Source: Clostridia bacterium (GTDB lineage Bacteria > Bacillota > DTU025). Taken from it: DNA of 64,000 nucleotides. The stretch covers positions 4,693 through 68,692 of the forward strand of contig JAYFQW010000028.1 in assembly GCA_034926675.1 (NCBI GenBank), in the 5' to 3' direction. Both the position numbers and the translations under genes were made by a program. Under the pieces are notes generated by a model. The model was not told the origin of the DNA and made no database searches. It saw only the letters and a list, made by a program, of their open reading frames with translations. Positions 1-8,861 of the stretch are shown piece after piece; position 1 is the first letter of the stretch; the number at the start of each line of letters is the position of its first letter.

Positions 1-4
1 CCGA

Positions 5-2452
5 ATGAGAATCTCGGGGCTCTCAACTGGCTACGATACGACAGCCGTCATCGACCAGCTGATGGCCATTGAGCGCAGGCCCGTGCTGCAAATGCAGCAG
101 AAACAGAATAAGATCAAGTCCAGGGCGGACGCCTGGCGCGATATCGCCACGAGGCTTTCGGCCTTGAAGACTCGGGCGACGTCTCTCAAGTCGGCCGCGA
201 CGATAAACGCGAAATCCGCGTCCACCTCTAGCGCGTCGGTCGTGGCTGCTACTGCGTCGGCTGGCGCGGCCAACGGAGTTCACAAGGTGTGGGTGGATCG
301 CATGGCGACGTCCACGAAGATCGTCGCCAATGGTCAGCTTGGGCGGGCGTTGGAAGTTGGCGCGAAGCTGGCTGAGGCAGGCTTCTCCACAGCCCCCACT
401 GTCGGCGCGTTCACCGTTAGCGGCAAGGTGATACGGATAGACTCAGATACGGTCATGAGCGATGGAGTCGACAATGCCGGGTCGAACTCGATCCTTGGAA
501 AGATCAACAACTCAGGCGCTGGCGCAATAGCATCCATGGAGAATAACCGCCTGGTCCTGAGATCTGCCTCAGGGCAGATCCGCCTGGGCAGCGGCGCCGA
601 TACTAGCAACTTCCTCACTGCTGCGAAGCTGCTTGGAGCTGGAAACAGTGCAATGGTTACGTCTGGCGTCGCCGAACATGCCACCGAGGTGGGCAAGATC
701 GCTGCCGATGTTGCTTCTGGAGCTAAGATCACCTTCTCCTATCGGGGAAACTCGTACACCACTGACTCTGCCGACATTACCGGCGGGGCAGCGGGCGTGA
801 CCAGCGTGACTGATATGGCCTCCCAGATAGAGGCCGCGCTGAATAAGGCGATCGGCGCTGCGGGCTCAGTGAAGGTCTCGGCAAGCGATGGCCTTGGTGG
901 AGGGGCGCAGGCAGGCGACGGCAGGTTCGTCATTACTGATTCCGCAACCGATGGAACACTTTCGTTCTCCCAGGTCACAGATGCGGGCCTCGGAAGCTTG
1001 CTGGAGTCGGGCGGCGCCACGAGCGGGGCCATGATGGCTAGCTTCGGAAACCTCGGCACTACCAAGACTACAGCGGCGCTCTCCAAGGCGCGCCTTGGCG
1101 TGGATCTCATGGATTCGGCGACAGGTGGAGTGGCAGAGGGTGACACCGAGGGCAAGCTCGCTGCGGCGCTCGAGGGAACTGAGACCGTCAAGTTCGTGTA
1201 TCATGGGACAGAATACACAACCGCCGCGCTCGCTGCGGGCGACGATATGCAGGCAGTGGCCGCGGACCTTGAGGCCCGGATGAATGAGGCCGCTGGTCTC
1301 GAGGCTGGCACGATTCGGGTCAGGACTGCGGGCATCAACGGATCCAAGAACGACATGTTTGTGGTGACGGATACCGCAACTCCGGTCGGTTCGACATCGA
1401 ATTCGATTACCATAGGGGATGCGCCGGGGGCCTTGAAGCTGGGCGCTGGCGACGGCGCGACGAACAAGGGAGTATTCCTAGTGAATGGCGTCGCGATCAA
1501 GTACGACAAGTACAGTGATGCAGTGAACGACATCCTGAACAGGATCAACTCCTCTACGGCGAACGTTGCGGCTGCCTACGACGCGCTGAATGATAGGATC
1601 TCTCTCACTGCCAAGTACACTGGGGAGATCGCCGTCGCCCTCGATGATGTGGGCGGCAACTTCCTTGGGGCGGCGAGGGTTCTCGGTGCAGAGCAGGATT
1701 ACGGTGACAATGCGCTCTACAGAATCGACACTGTGAACGGCGGACAGCAGATGTCCTCTGCGTCCAACACGATATCGGGTGTGATCACCAACGTGAACCT
1801 CACACTCAAGGAGATCAGCAAGGACCCAGTCACGGTCACGGTATCGCAGAACGTGGACGCAGGTTACGGCGCGATCAAGTCGTTTGTCGACCAGTACAAC
1901 TCGGTGATGGACATGATATCCACGCTGACCGCCTACGACAAGGATACCAGGACTGCAGGGGCTCTCCAGGGCAATAGCTCTGTTCGCGGCATACAGACAA
2001 GGCTGCGTCAGATGGTGTCAACGGCAGTTGACGGCCTGCCGGAAGGTGTGGACTCTCTTCTGGCGATCGGAATCTCCACTGGGGCGGTAGGCCAAGCGAA
2101 TGGCAAGTCGAACGCACTCACTATCGATGACGCTAAGCTGAAACGTCTTCTCGAGACCGACTCCGATACAGTGGCGCAAGTGTTCAACTCCGCCAACGGC
2201 GGGATCTCCGGGCTGTTTGAGAAGTACGTGGATGAGCTTGTCAAGGGCGGCACTGGTCTGATATCGAAAACCCAGGGCCTCCTCAAGGATCAGACCAGAG
2301 ACGTCGACAACCGCATCAAGGACATGGAGACCCGCCTTGCAAGGAAGCGGGAGAACCTCGTGAATCAGTTCACCCAGATGGAGAAGGTGCTCTCCTCTAT
2401 GCAGCAGCAGCAGTCCTGGATGACATCACAATTCAACTCTATGGGGATATAG
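5..2452 (+). CDS. fliD: flagellar filament cap protein FliD (long, 815 aa)
   Basis: N-terminus MRISGLSTGYDTTAVIDQLMAIERRP is typical of FliD. C-terminal coiled-coil region, position directly upstream of fliS. Confidence 0.8.
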   Translation: MRISGLSTGYDTTAVIDQLMAIERRPVLQMQQKQNKIKSRADAWRDIATRLSALKTRATSLKSAATINAKSASTSSASVVAATASAGAANGVHKVWVDRMATSTKIVANGQLGRALEVGAKLAEAGFSTAPTVGAFTVSGKVIRIDSDTVMSDGVDNAGSNSILGKINNSGAGAIASMENNRLVLRSASGQIRLGSGADTSNFLTAAKLLGAGNSAMVTSGVAEHATEVGKIAADVASGAKITFSYRGNSYTTDSADITGGAAGVTSVTDMASQIEAALNKAIGAAGSVKVSASDGLGGGAQAGDGRFVITDSATDGTLSFSQVTDAGLGSLLESGGATSGAMMASFGNLGTTKTTAALSKARLGVDLMDSATGGVAEGDTEGKLAAALEGTETVKFVYHGTEYTTAALAAGDDMQAVAADLEARMNEAAGLEAGTIRVRTAGINGSKNDMFVVTDTATPVGSTSNSITIGDAPGALKLGAGDGATNKGVFLVNGVAIKYDKYSDAVNDILNRINSSTANVAAAYDALNDRISLTAKYTGEIAVALDDVGGNFLGAARVLGAEQDYGDNALYRIDTVNGGQQMSSASNTISGVITNVNLTLKEISKDPVTVTVSQNVDAGYGAIKSFVDQYNSVMDMISTLTAYDKDTRTAGALQGNSSVRGIQTRLRQMVSTAVDGLPEGVDSLLAIGISTGAVGQANGKSNALTIDDAKLKRLLETDSDTVAQVFNSANGGISGLFEKYVDELVKGGTGLISKTQGLLKDQTRDVDNRIKDMETRLARKRENLVNQFTQMEKVLSSMQQQQSWMTSQFNSMGI

Positions 2453-2560
2453 TGTGAGCATCGGCAGTTCGATGGCGGAAACGACATGACCAGAGGCGAG
2501 AGGCATTCATGGATCCAGGGGCCAGCAGGCCAAGAGAGACATGCGAGGGTGATGATTCGG

Positions 2561-2959
2561 ATGATGGCGACTCCATACAACAGGTACCTTGAGACTCAGG
2601 TTCAGACGGCTCCGCCCGAGAACCTCGTCCTGATGCTATACGATGGCGCCATCAGGTTTGCTAACCAGGCCAAACTGGATCTAGCTGAGGGCAAGAGGGA
2701 GTCGGCGCACAAGAACCTCACCAGGGGCCAGGATATCCTGAGCGAACTCATGGGTTCACTCAACATGGATGCCGGCGATATCGCCGTGAACCTGTTCAAG
2801 CTATATGAGTACATGCAGTACAGGCTGGTTCAGGCGAACGTACAGAGGTCGATAGAGCCAATCGATGAGGTCGTGAGAATGCTCGGAGAGCTTCGCGAGA
2901 CGTGGTTCGAGGCTATCCGTGATTACCGCGGCAAGATCGCGCGGGCGGGGGGGCAATGA
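2561..2959 (+). CDS. fliS: flagellar export chaperone FliS (start chosen at the internal ATG after a GAGGGTGA RBS; the listed ORF begins at 2486)
   Basis: MMATPYNRYLETQVQTAPPENLVLMLYDGA matches the FliS N-terminal consensus. About 130 aa, follows fliD. Confidence 0.8.
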   Translation: MMATPYNRYLETQVQTAPPENLVLMLYDGAIRFANQAKLDLAEGKRESAHKNLTRGQDILSELMGSLNMDAGDIAVNLFKLYEYMQYRLVQANVQRSIEPIDEVVRMLGELRETWFEAIRDYRGKIARAGGQ

Positions 2960-2960
2960 G

Positions 2961-3470
2961 TTGACTTGTTCGACGCCAGATGTGGAACTGATAGAACGGA
3001 TTCACTCGTTTCGCGAGGATGAGCTCGCACAATACACTGCAATGCTCAGGCTGTCGGGTGTGCAGCGAGAGTTGATCCAGGCTGGTGATACGGATGCTCT
3101 CGCTCGTGCTACTGAGGAGAAAGCTCGGGTCATTGCCCAGATAGATGCGATCAGCCGGAAGATAGCCGGGCTTCTGGGCCAGCTTGGGGCGGCGCGGGGG
3201 AGCGCGCACGACGTGCATCCCTGCTTGCACCCGGAGATGGGCGCGGCAGTTGCGTGTCAGCTGAACGTGAAGATTGCCAAGGTGATGGCGGAGATCCTCG
3301 TCGCTGAGCGGGAGAATCAGGCTATGCTGGAGAGGGCCATCAATGCTGTGCAGGAAGAGATCAAAGGGGTGGCCTCCGGCGGGAAGGCAGTCCGCGCCTA
3401 CTGGGGGCGAGGCGCCGGAACGGCTGGCTTTGGATCTGGGGGCGCCACAGTGATCGATGAGAACCTGTAG
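2961..3470 (+). CDS. putative flagellar chaperone (FliT/FlgN-like), coiled-coil, Gly-rich C-terminus; start uncertain
   Basis: Position after fliD-fliS as in B. subtilis fliT. Helical, small, no other recognisable motif. Confidence 0.35.
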   Translation: MTCSTPDVELIERIHSFREDELAQYTAMLRLSGVQRELIQAGDTDALARATEEKARVIAQIDAISRKIAGLLGQLGAARGSAHDVHPCLHPEMGAAVACQLNVKIAKVMAEILVAERENQAMLERAINAVQEEIKGVASGGKAVRAYWGRGAGTAGFGSGGATVIDENL

Positions 3471-3499
3471 TGGTCTCAGGGGGCAACGTAGCATGGTCG

Positions 3500-3750
3500 C
3501 CAGTACGGAATTCGTACAGGTTCGTCGGTCAACCAGTACGGAATTCGTACGACTCTGGGCCTAATTCGCCGCCAATCAGACTCCAGGGAGAGAACATCGG
3601 CCCAGATGATGTAAATTAGTCCCCCCAAATCTGCCTTTCAGCGCTCTTGTGCACGAATCCTCCGGTCTTCTGGGATCACACACCGGTTTTGCCTTCAGCG
3701 ACGTACGGAATCCGTACAGGTGTCCCTTGTTCCCCGTACGAAATCCGTAC
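3500..3750. promoter_or_regulatory. array of four 15-bp palindromic sites GTACGRAATYCGTAC (3503-3517, 3536-3550, 3703-3717, 3736-3750), in two pairs each spaced 33 bp
   Basis: Read directly. The site at 3703 is a perfect 7-1-7 palindrome GTACGGA-A-TCCGTAC. Lies in the lower-GC intergenic region upstream of the sigma-54 response-regulator gene. Confidence 0.5.
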
Positions 3751-3842
3751 TGGGTCTCTGGAAGTTGGATGTGCTGCAGGAATCCACATTTCATTGAAGA
3801 ATTCCAACTAATATAGACAAGACTCGGATAGGGGACTGGCTG

Positions 3843-5540
3843 ATGGCAGAAGAGACGAACCGCAGCGGTCCAGTTGCGGTGGGCCGCGTGCTGATTGTTG
3901 ACGATGAGGTTAACATGCAGGTGGTTCTATCTGGCGCATTCGAGGATGCTGGACATGCAGTCCAGACGGCCTCAAACGGGACGGAAGCTACGGAACGATT
4001 GAGGGAATCCGATTTCGACCTGATAATCTTGGATCTCCGCCTTCCGGACATGTCGGGGATTGATGTGTTCAGAATCGCACGCGGGCTGCGCCCCGGGATT
4101 GTGGTGATCATGGTCACCGCTTACTCTTCAGTCGAGACTGCCATTCAAGCTCTCAAAATGGGCGCATATGATTACGTGATCAAGCCGTTCAACGTTGAAA
4201 AACTCCTGATGATGGCTGCGAATGCCATAGCAGGCCGGCATCATGCGGGCAAGCCAGATCGGAGCTTGGCATCGTCTGCAGTGGCAACGGCCGGGCATGA
4301 GGAGTTTGAAGGCGTTATCGGGGCATCTCCGCAGATGCGGAAGGTCATGGAGATGGTTCGGGACCTAGCGCCCACAAATGCTACAGTGCTGATATATGGT
4401 GAGAGCGGAACAGGAAAGGAACTGCTCGCCGACTACATACACAAGATGAGCCTTCGCGCGGGCCGTCCACTTGTCAAGGTGAACTGCGCCGCGATTCCGG
4501 AGTCGCTTCTCGAATCTGAGATGTTCGGCCATGAGAAGGGCGCCTTCACGCACGCGGTGTCGCGTCGATTCGGGCGGTTCGAGGTTGCGAACTCCGGCAC
4601 GATATTCCTTGACGAGATAGGGGAGATGTCCCCTGCTATGCAGGCCAAGCTCCTCCGCGTCCTGCAGGAGAAGGAGTTCGAGCGAGTGGGCGGCACTGAG
4701 ACAGTGAAAGTGGATGTCCGCGTGATCGCAGCCACCAATCGCAACCTCCGACAGGCCATTGCTGAGGGCGCTTTTCGCGAAGACCTGTACTACAGGCTTT
4801 CCGTAGTTCCGCTGTTCATGCCACCCCTCAGACAGCGAATGCAAGACATACCCATGCTGGTATCTCGGTTCATCGACAAGTACAATCGCGAATTCGGAAG
4901 GACCGCAAGAGGGCTGTCGCCAGAGGCCGCCCAGGCTGTTGCGGCTTACGCCTGGCCTGGCAACATCCGAGAGTTGGAGAATGCAATAGAGCGGGCAGTG
5001 CTCCTCTCCCGTGGCGACCTGCTCACCCCGGAGTACCTTCACCTGGGGCAAGATCCCGGTGACGCCATGTGCGGCCTGCGCACGATTGCATCCTCGGCGA
5101 ATGGCGCAGGCGTTACGCCGGTTCAGGCTGGGCGGTCGATGGCCTCAGGCGTTCTCTTGCACTCTAGTTTGGCGTCAACCGCTGCCGGATCCGAATTCGT
5201 GGCAGCCAGCACCCGCTCCTCTGCAGTTGCGTCTGAATCCGGATTTGCGTCCGTGTCCTCATTTGCTCCTTCGCGGGCCTCTTGGCTCGCATACACACAC
5301 GCATCCGCAGCCCCGCTCGCCCCTGGCTCGAATGGCCCAAACGAGCTCGCCGCTATCAGCCCGGGAGTCGAGTCGGAGGCAGCGTCTGCTGCTGGAGACG
5401 CGTTTTCGCTAGATGAGATGGAGCGGCGCCACATCAGGGCGGTGCTTGAGCAGACTGGCGAGAACAGGACGCAGGCTGCGAAGATACTCGGAATCACCAG
5501 GCGGACTCTTCTGAACAAGATCAACAAATATGGGCTCTGA
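3843..5540 (+). CDS. sigma-54-dependent response regulator (NtrC family; FlgR/FleR/FlrC-like flagellar activator)
   Basis: Receiver domain (LIILDLRLPDMSG), AAA+ sigma-54 interaction domain (GESGTGKE; GAFTHA variant of GAFTGA; ESEMFGHEKG), C-terminal Fis-type HTH (RTQAAKILGITRRTLLNKINKYGL). A long Ser/Ala-rich linker precedes the HTH. Confidence 0.85.
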   Translation: MAEETNRSGPVAVGRVLIVDDEVNMQVVLSGAFEDAGHAVQTASNGTEATERLRESDFDLIILDLRLPDMSGIDVFRIARGLRPGIVVIMVTAYSSVETAIQALKMGAYDYVIKPFNVEKLLMMAANAIAGRHHAGKPDRSLASSAVATAGHEEFEGVIGASPQMRKVMEMVRDLAPTNATVLIYGESGTGKELLADYIHKMSLRAGRPLVKVNCAAIPESLLESEMFGHEKGAFTHAVSRRFGRFEVANSGTIFLDEIGEMSPAMQAKLLRVLQEKEFERVGGTETVKVDVRVIAATNRNLRQAIAEGAFREDLYYRLSVVPLFMPPLRQRMQDIPMLVSRFIDKYNREFGRTARGLSPEAAQAVAAYAWPGNIRELENAIERAVLLSRGDLLTPEYLHLGQDPGDAMCGLRTIASSANGAGVTPVQAGRSMASGVLLHSSLASTAAGSEFVAASTRSSAVASESGFASVSSFAPSRASWLAYTHASAAPLAPGSNGPNELAAISPGVESEAASAAGDAFSLDEMERRHIRAVLEQTGENRTQAAKILGITRRTLLNKINKYGL

Positions 5541-5601
5541 GTGATACGATTCCACCGGTCTGTGCAGGTCAAATGGTCCATGCTATCAGGAGGTTTCGCA
5601 G

Positions 5602-7485
5602 GTGGCAATGAGGATGGGGCCCAGAGTATCGTTGGTTCCGGGTGTTGTTGCCTTGGCCACGAGCTTGATCGGCGCGACAGTGCAACTATGGTTCGTGCGC
5701 AACGTTGGATTGTGGGCAATTGTCGCCTACATTGGCTTGGCAGGCATCGAGATTGCGGCTATTGCACACTACATCGCTGTCGACCGCAGATACATCGTGA
5801 AGCAACAAGCAGTGGCAGAGCAGGCTCAGAGGCTTGAGATCGTCGCCAAAGAGCTTGTCGAGCACGAGGCGCTTATGAGGGACGACCTGGTGCGGGCTCA
5901 GCGTGATCTGAACGAGAGGATCGTGCGTCTATCTGGATTGCTTGAAGCTACCCGGCAGCTTGTGGCTACGCGCAACCTTCAGGACGCGCTGCAGCGCATT
6001 GTGGACATGACCCAAGCTATCGCGGGATCAGACGGCGCCATGCTTGAGTTGCGTGATGGAGAGCAGACGATCAGGTTGTCGTCAGGGTCATTCACCGAGG
6101 CTTCTGCTTCATTCGAACTCACTTCGAAAATCAGGTCGGCGGGCGTCGAGGTGGGCCGGCTTTCGGTGCAATTCGCCAACGTTGGGCATGGAGCTGCAGA
6201 CACCACTCACGTCCTGTCGATCATATCGGCTTTCGCCGGAGTTGCAGTAGAGAATGCCCGCCTCTACCAGGATCTCCGCACCGCCAACAACTCGCTGGAC
6301 CTATCTCGGAAATACGCGGAGAAGCTCGTTGAAGAGGTGCCAGTGGGCATTGTAGCCCTTGACCACGATTACCGCATTACAACCTGGAACAAGGCGCTTA
6401 CTGGCATCTCGCAGATGCCGACCTCATCTGCCATGGGCAAGCATATCTCGGATCTCCTAGGCCCTCAAGCAGACGCGGTTGTACGCTCTCTTGCCAAGGA
6501 TTCGGAGAAGTCGCAAAGTGCGGAGATGCGAACATGCACGGTTTCCCTTCCATCTGCAGGCACGTGCGGCTATCAGGGTGATCGCGGCGACGATCCTGAC
6601 CTCGGTGAGCACATCCTTCGGCTTGTAGTGTCGTGCGTCCACTCTCTCGACGAAGACGGTGTGGGGATTGTGATCATGGCCGAGGACGTGACGGAGAAGG
6701 TTCGCCTTGGGGAGCAGCTCAGGTATGCAGAGAAAATGAAAGTGGTAGGAGAGTTCGCGGCAGGAATGGCCCACGAGATAAATAACCCAATCGGGATCAT
6801 ATCTGCCTGTGCTGAGGTCATGGGAAAGCGGCTTTCACGTATAGGCGCCGGCATGGAGCAGTTTGTGAAAACTGCGAAGATCATAGAGGACGAGGCAATC
6901 AGATGCTCATCCATTATCAAGAACCTGCTGGGGTTCGCGAGGCAGGCGGAGATGAACCCAGGCGAGGTGAGTATCCCCGAGCTTGCTCGAGAGACCGTTG
7001 ATTTCCTCAGGGACCGGGCGGATGCAGCGAATGTGAATCTGACACTGGATGTGGCTGGCGACATCCCCATGGTCATTGCCGACAGGAACCAGATTGAGCA
7101 GGTTTTCCTGAACCTTGCCATGAATGCTATGGAGGCCATGAAGGAGGGAGGAAACCTCCGTGTGGCCGTTGTTGCCGATTCTGGGTCGGTGCGTATCTCA
7201 TTCGCAGACACTGGACCTGGTGTGGACCAGCAGAGCATCAATAGGCTGTTTAGCCCGTTTTTCACCACCAAGCCCACTGGAACTGGGCTCGGACTGGCCC
7301 TATCCCACGGGATAGTCGAGAGGCACGGCGGCAGGATCGAAGTGGAGAACCTGCCTGATGCCGGTGCACTCTTCACTGTTGTTCTTTCACTCTCAACACA
7401 GGAATGGAACGGCGGGGGCGGGCTGGAAATCGAGAAACACTTGCATTCAGGTGAGCAAAATCTGCTCACCCCCATCAACCCCTGA
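5602..7485 (+). CDS. membrane sensor histidine kinase with coiled-coil/GAF-like and PAS regions (FlgS/FlrB-like partner of the upstream regulator)
   Basis: Two N-terminal TM helices, PAS-like segment, HisKA H-box (GEFAAGMAHEINNPIGII), HATPase_c N/G boxes (NLAMNAMEAM; DTGPGV; GTGLGLAL). AGGAGG RBS 8 nt before the GTG start. Confidence 0.8.
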   Translation: MAMRMGPRVSLVPGVVALATSLIGATVQLWFVRNVGLWAIVAYIGLAGIEIAAIAHYIAVDRRYIVKQQAVAEQAQRLEIVAKELVEHEALMRDDLVRAQRDLNERIVRLSGLLEATRQLVATRNLQDALQRIVDMTQAIAGSDGAMLELRDGEQTIRLSSGSFTEASASFELTSKIRSAGVEVGRLSVQFANVGHGAADTTHVLSIISAFAGVAVENARLYQDLRTANNSLDLSRKYAEKLVEEVPVGIVALDHDYRITTWNKALTGISQMPTSSAMGKHISDLLGPQADAVVRSLAKDSEKSQSAEMRTCTVSLPSAGTCGYQGDRGDDPDLGEHILRLVVSCVHSLDEDGVGIVIMAEDVTEKVRLGEQLRYAEKMKVVGEFAAGMAHEINNPIGIISACAEVMGKRLSRIGAGMEQFVKTAKIIEDEAIRCSSIIKNLLGFARQAEMNPGEVSIPELARETVDFLRDRADAANVNLTLDVAGDIPMVIADRNQIEQVFLNLAMNAMEAMKEGGNLRVAVVADSGSVRISFADTGPGVDQQSINRLFSPFFTTKPTGTGLGLALSHGIVERHGGRIEVENLPDAGALFTVVLSLSTQEWNGGGGLEIEKHLHSGEQNLLTPINP

Positions 7486-7553
7486 AACCGTAAGCCCCGT
7501 CGAACCTAATCACTGCTCTCGCATGCAGCGGTTGTAGCTGAGCTGCGAGCAGT

Positions 7554-7586
7554 CCCCGACGAATCTCGCCGGGGTTTTGCTTTTTT
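7554..7586 (+). terminator. rho-independent terminator after the kinase gene
   Basis: Stem CCCCGaCGA-atc-TCGcCGGGG followed by TTTTGCTTTTTT. Confidence 0.5.
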
Positions 7587-7593
7587 CACGCAA

Positions 7594-7609
7594 TGGCGCC
7601 GTTATTGCA
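7594..7609 (+). promoter_or_regulatory. sigma-54 (-24/-12) promoter TGGCGC-N5-TTGCA upstream of flgB
   Basis: TGGCGCcgttaTTGCA has GG and GC separated by 10 nt. Sits about 48 nt before the flgB ATG, directly downstream of the sigma-54 regulator / kinase pair. Confidence 0.6.
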
Positions 7610-7656
7610 TCTAATCTCATACGGGTTTCTATTCCCTCGTATTGGGGGGCTGAAAT

Positions 7657-8073
7657 GTGGGGATTTTCGATTCACGCACAATGAGAGTGCTCGAGTCTGC
7701 GCTGGATCTATCGTCGGCGCGCCATGCGATAATCGTCAACAACATCGCCAATGTGAACACCCCAGGCTACAAGGCTGCCGATATCGATTTCCAGAGCGCT
7801 TTTGCGCAGGCTCTGGCTGGGCATGCGCCCATAGAGGGTAGGCTCACCAGACCCGGGCACATTCCGATTCGCTCTGGCTCGGGCGATCCTGGGGAGGTGG
7901 CAACTACCCACGATGCTGAAGGGGTTACGATGAGACGCGATGGCAACAGTGTGGACATAGACGTGGAAATGGCGAGGCTCGCGGAGAATGCCACGATGTA
8001 CAGCACCCTCTCCCAACTGGTATCCACCAAGTTCAGCATGATGAAGTATGTGATCAACGAAGGGAGGCGCTAA
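7657..8073 (+). CDS. flgB: flagellar basal-body rod protein FlgB
   Basis: Size, N-terminal rod motif, position before flgC. Confidence 0.85.
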   Translation: MGIFDSRTMRVLESALDLSSARHAIIVNNIANVNTPGYKAADIDFQSAFAQALAGHAPIEGRLTRPGHIPIRSGSGDPGEVATTHDAEGVTMRRDGNSVDIDVEMARLAENATMYSTLSQLVSTKFSMMKYVINEGRR

Positions 8074-8076
8074 CTC

Positions 8077-8472
8077 ATGAGCCTGATGTCGAGCTTTCGG
8101 ATCAGTGCATCAGGAATGGCCGCGGAGCGACTTCGCCTTGACGTGATATCGAGCAACCTTGCGAACATCAACACTACTCGCACTGCGGAAGGAGGTCCAT
8201 ATCGCAGGCTGATGGTGCAGTTTGAGGCGGCGCCGGGCAGCGCTGGCGTCCGGGCCGTGAACGTTGCGCAGGATGAATCGCCTCTCCCCTTGGTGTACGA
8301 GCCGGAGCATCCCGACGCCAACTCCGAAGGATACGTGGAGATGCCGAATGTGAACGCCGTGTCGGAGATGGTCGACATGATCACCGCTACTCGCGCCTAT
8401 GAGGCTAACGTGGCGGCCTACAACGCGGCCAAGACCATGGCGGCGAAGGCGCTCGAGATCGGAAAGGTCTAG
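8077..8472 (+). CDS. flgC: flagellar basal-body rod protein FlgC
   Basis: SFRISASGMAAERLRLDVISSNLANINT N-terminus and C-terminal AYEANVAAYNAAKTM rod-family motif. Confidence 0.85.
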   Translation: MSLMSSFRISASGMAAERLRLDVISSNLANINTTRTAEGGPYRRLMVQFEAAPGSAGVRAVNVAQDESPLPLVYEPEHPDANSEGYVEMPNVNAVSEMVDMITATRAYEANVAAYNAAKTMAAKALEIGKV

Positions 8473-8502
8473 CAAGCAGCGCACGGCTGAGGGAGGTAAC
8501 GC

Positions 8503-8841
8503 ATGATGCCGGGAATCGGGTCACTAGGCGCCGTTGAGAGGGCGGTAAGCGGTGTAGCCGCCGGTGCTGGAACGGGAGCCGGAATCGAATCTGGCAGGCG
8601 AACTGGCCAAACCGACCTGGTCAGCACCTTCGGAAATGTGCTTGAACAGGCGCTTGATACTGTGAACGACATGCAGACAAGGGCCGACAGGCTCACGGAG
8701 AAACTCGCCACTGGCGAGGTGAGTGACATTCACCAGGTCATGATCGCAGTGGATCAGGTGAACATAGCGCTTCAGCTCACTATGCAGGTGAGAAACAAGG
8801 TCATCGAGTCGTATCAGGAGATCATGCGGATGCAGATCTGA
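8503..8841 (+). CDS. fliE: flagellar hook-basal body protein FliE
   Basis: About 110 aa, C-terminal VMIAVDQVNIALQLTMQVRNKVIESYQEIMRMQI typical of FliE, position between flgC and fliF. Confidence 0.8.
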   Translation: MMPGIGSLGAVERAVSGVAAGAGTGAGIESGRRTGQTDLVSTFGNVLEQALDTVNDMQTRADRLTEKLATGEVSDIHQVMIAVDQVNIALQLTMQVRNKVIESYQEIMRMQI

Positions 8842-8861
8842 AGGAATGCAGGTAAAGCAAC

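Noticed and set aside
23-2286. Multiple ORFs of 80-150 aa on the minus strand inside fliD (e.g. 334..732, 739..1191), and many similar antisense or alternative-frame ORFs throughout the window (e.g. 4365..5051, 6573..7478, 12393..13169, 19544..20422, 25754..26491, 27520..28191, 44327..45367, 58778..59536)
   Set aside because: They lie entirely within well-supported genes on the opposite strand or in another frame. High GC content generates long spurious ORFs. The proteins are low-complexity Arg/Pro/Ser-rich with no recognisable domains.
3751-3842. Possible sigma-54 promoter (TGGAAG-N5-TGTGC) directly upstream of the sigma-54 regulator gene
   Set aside because: The -12 GC dinucleotide is absent. 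The region instead looks like an AT-richer sigma-70-type promoter area.
5541-5837. 98-aa ORF bridging the regulator stop and the kinase start
   Set aside because: Overlaps the kinase N-terminal TM region in another frame, Cys/Arg-rich with no features. The kinase start with AGGAGG RBS is far better supported.
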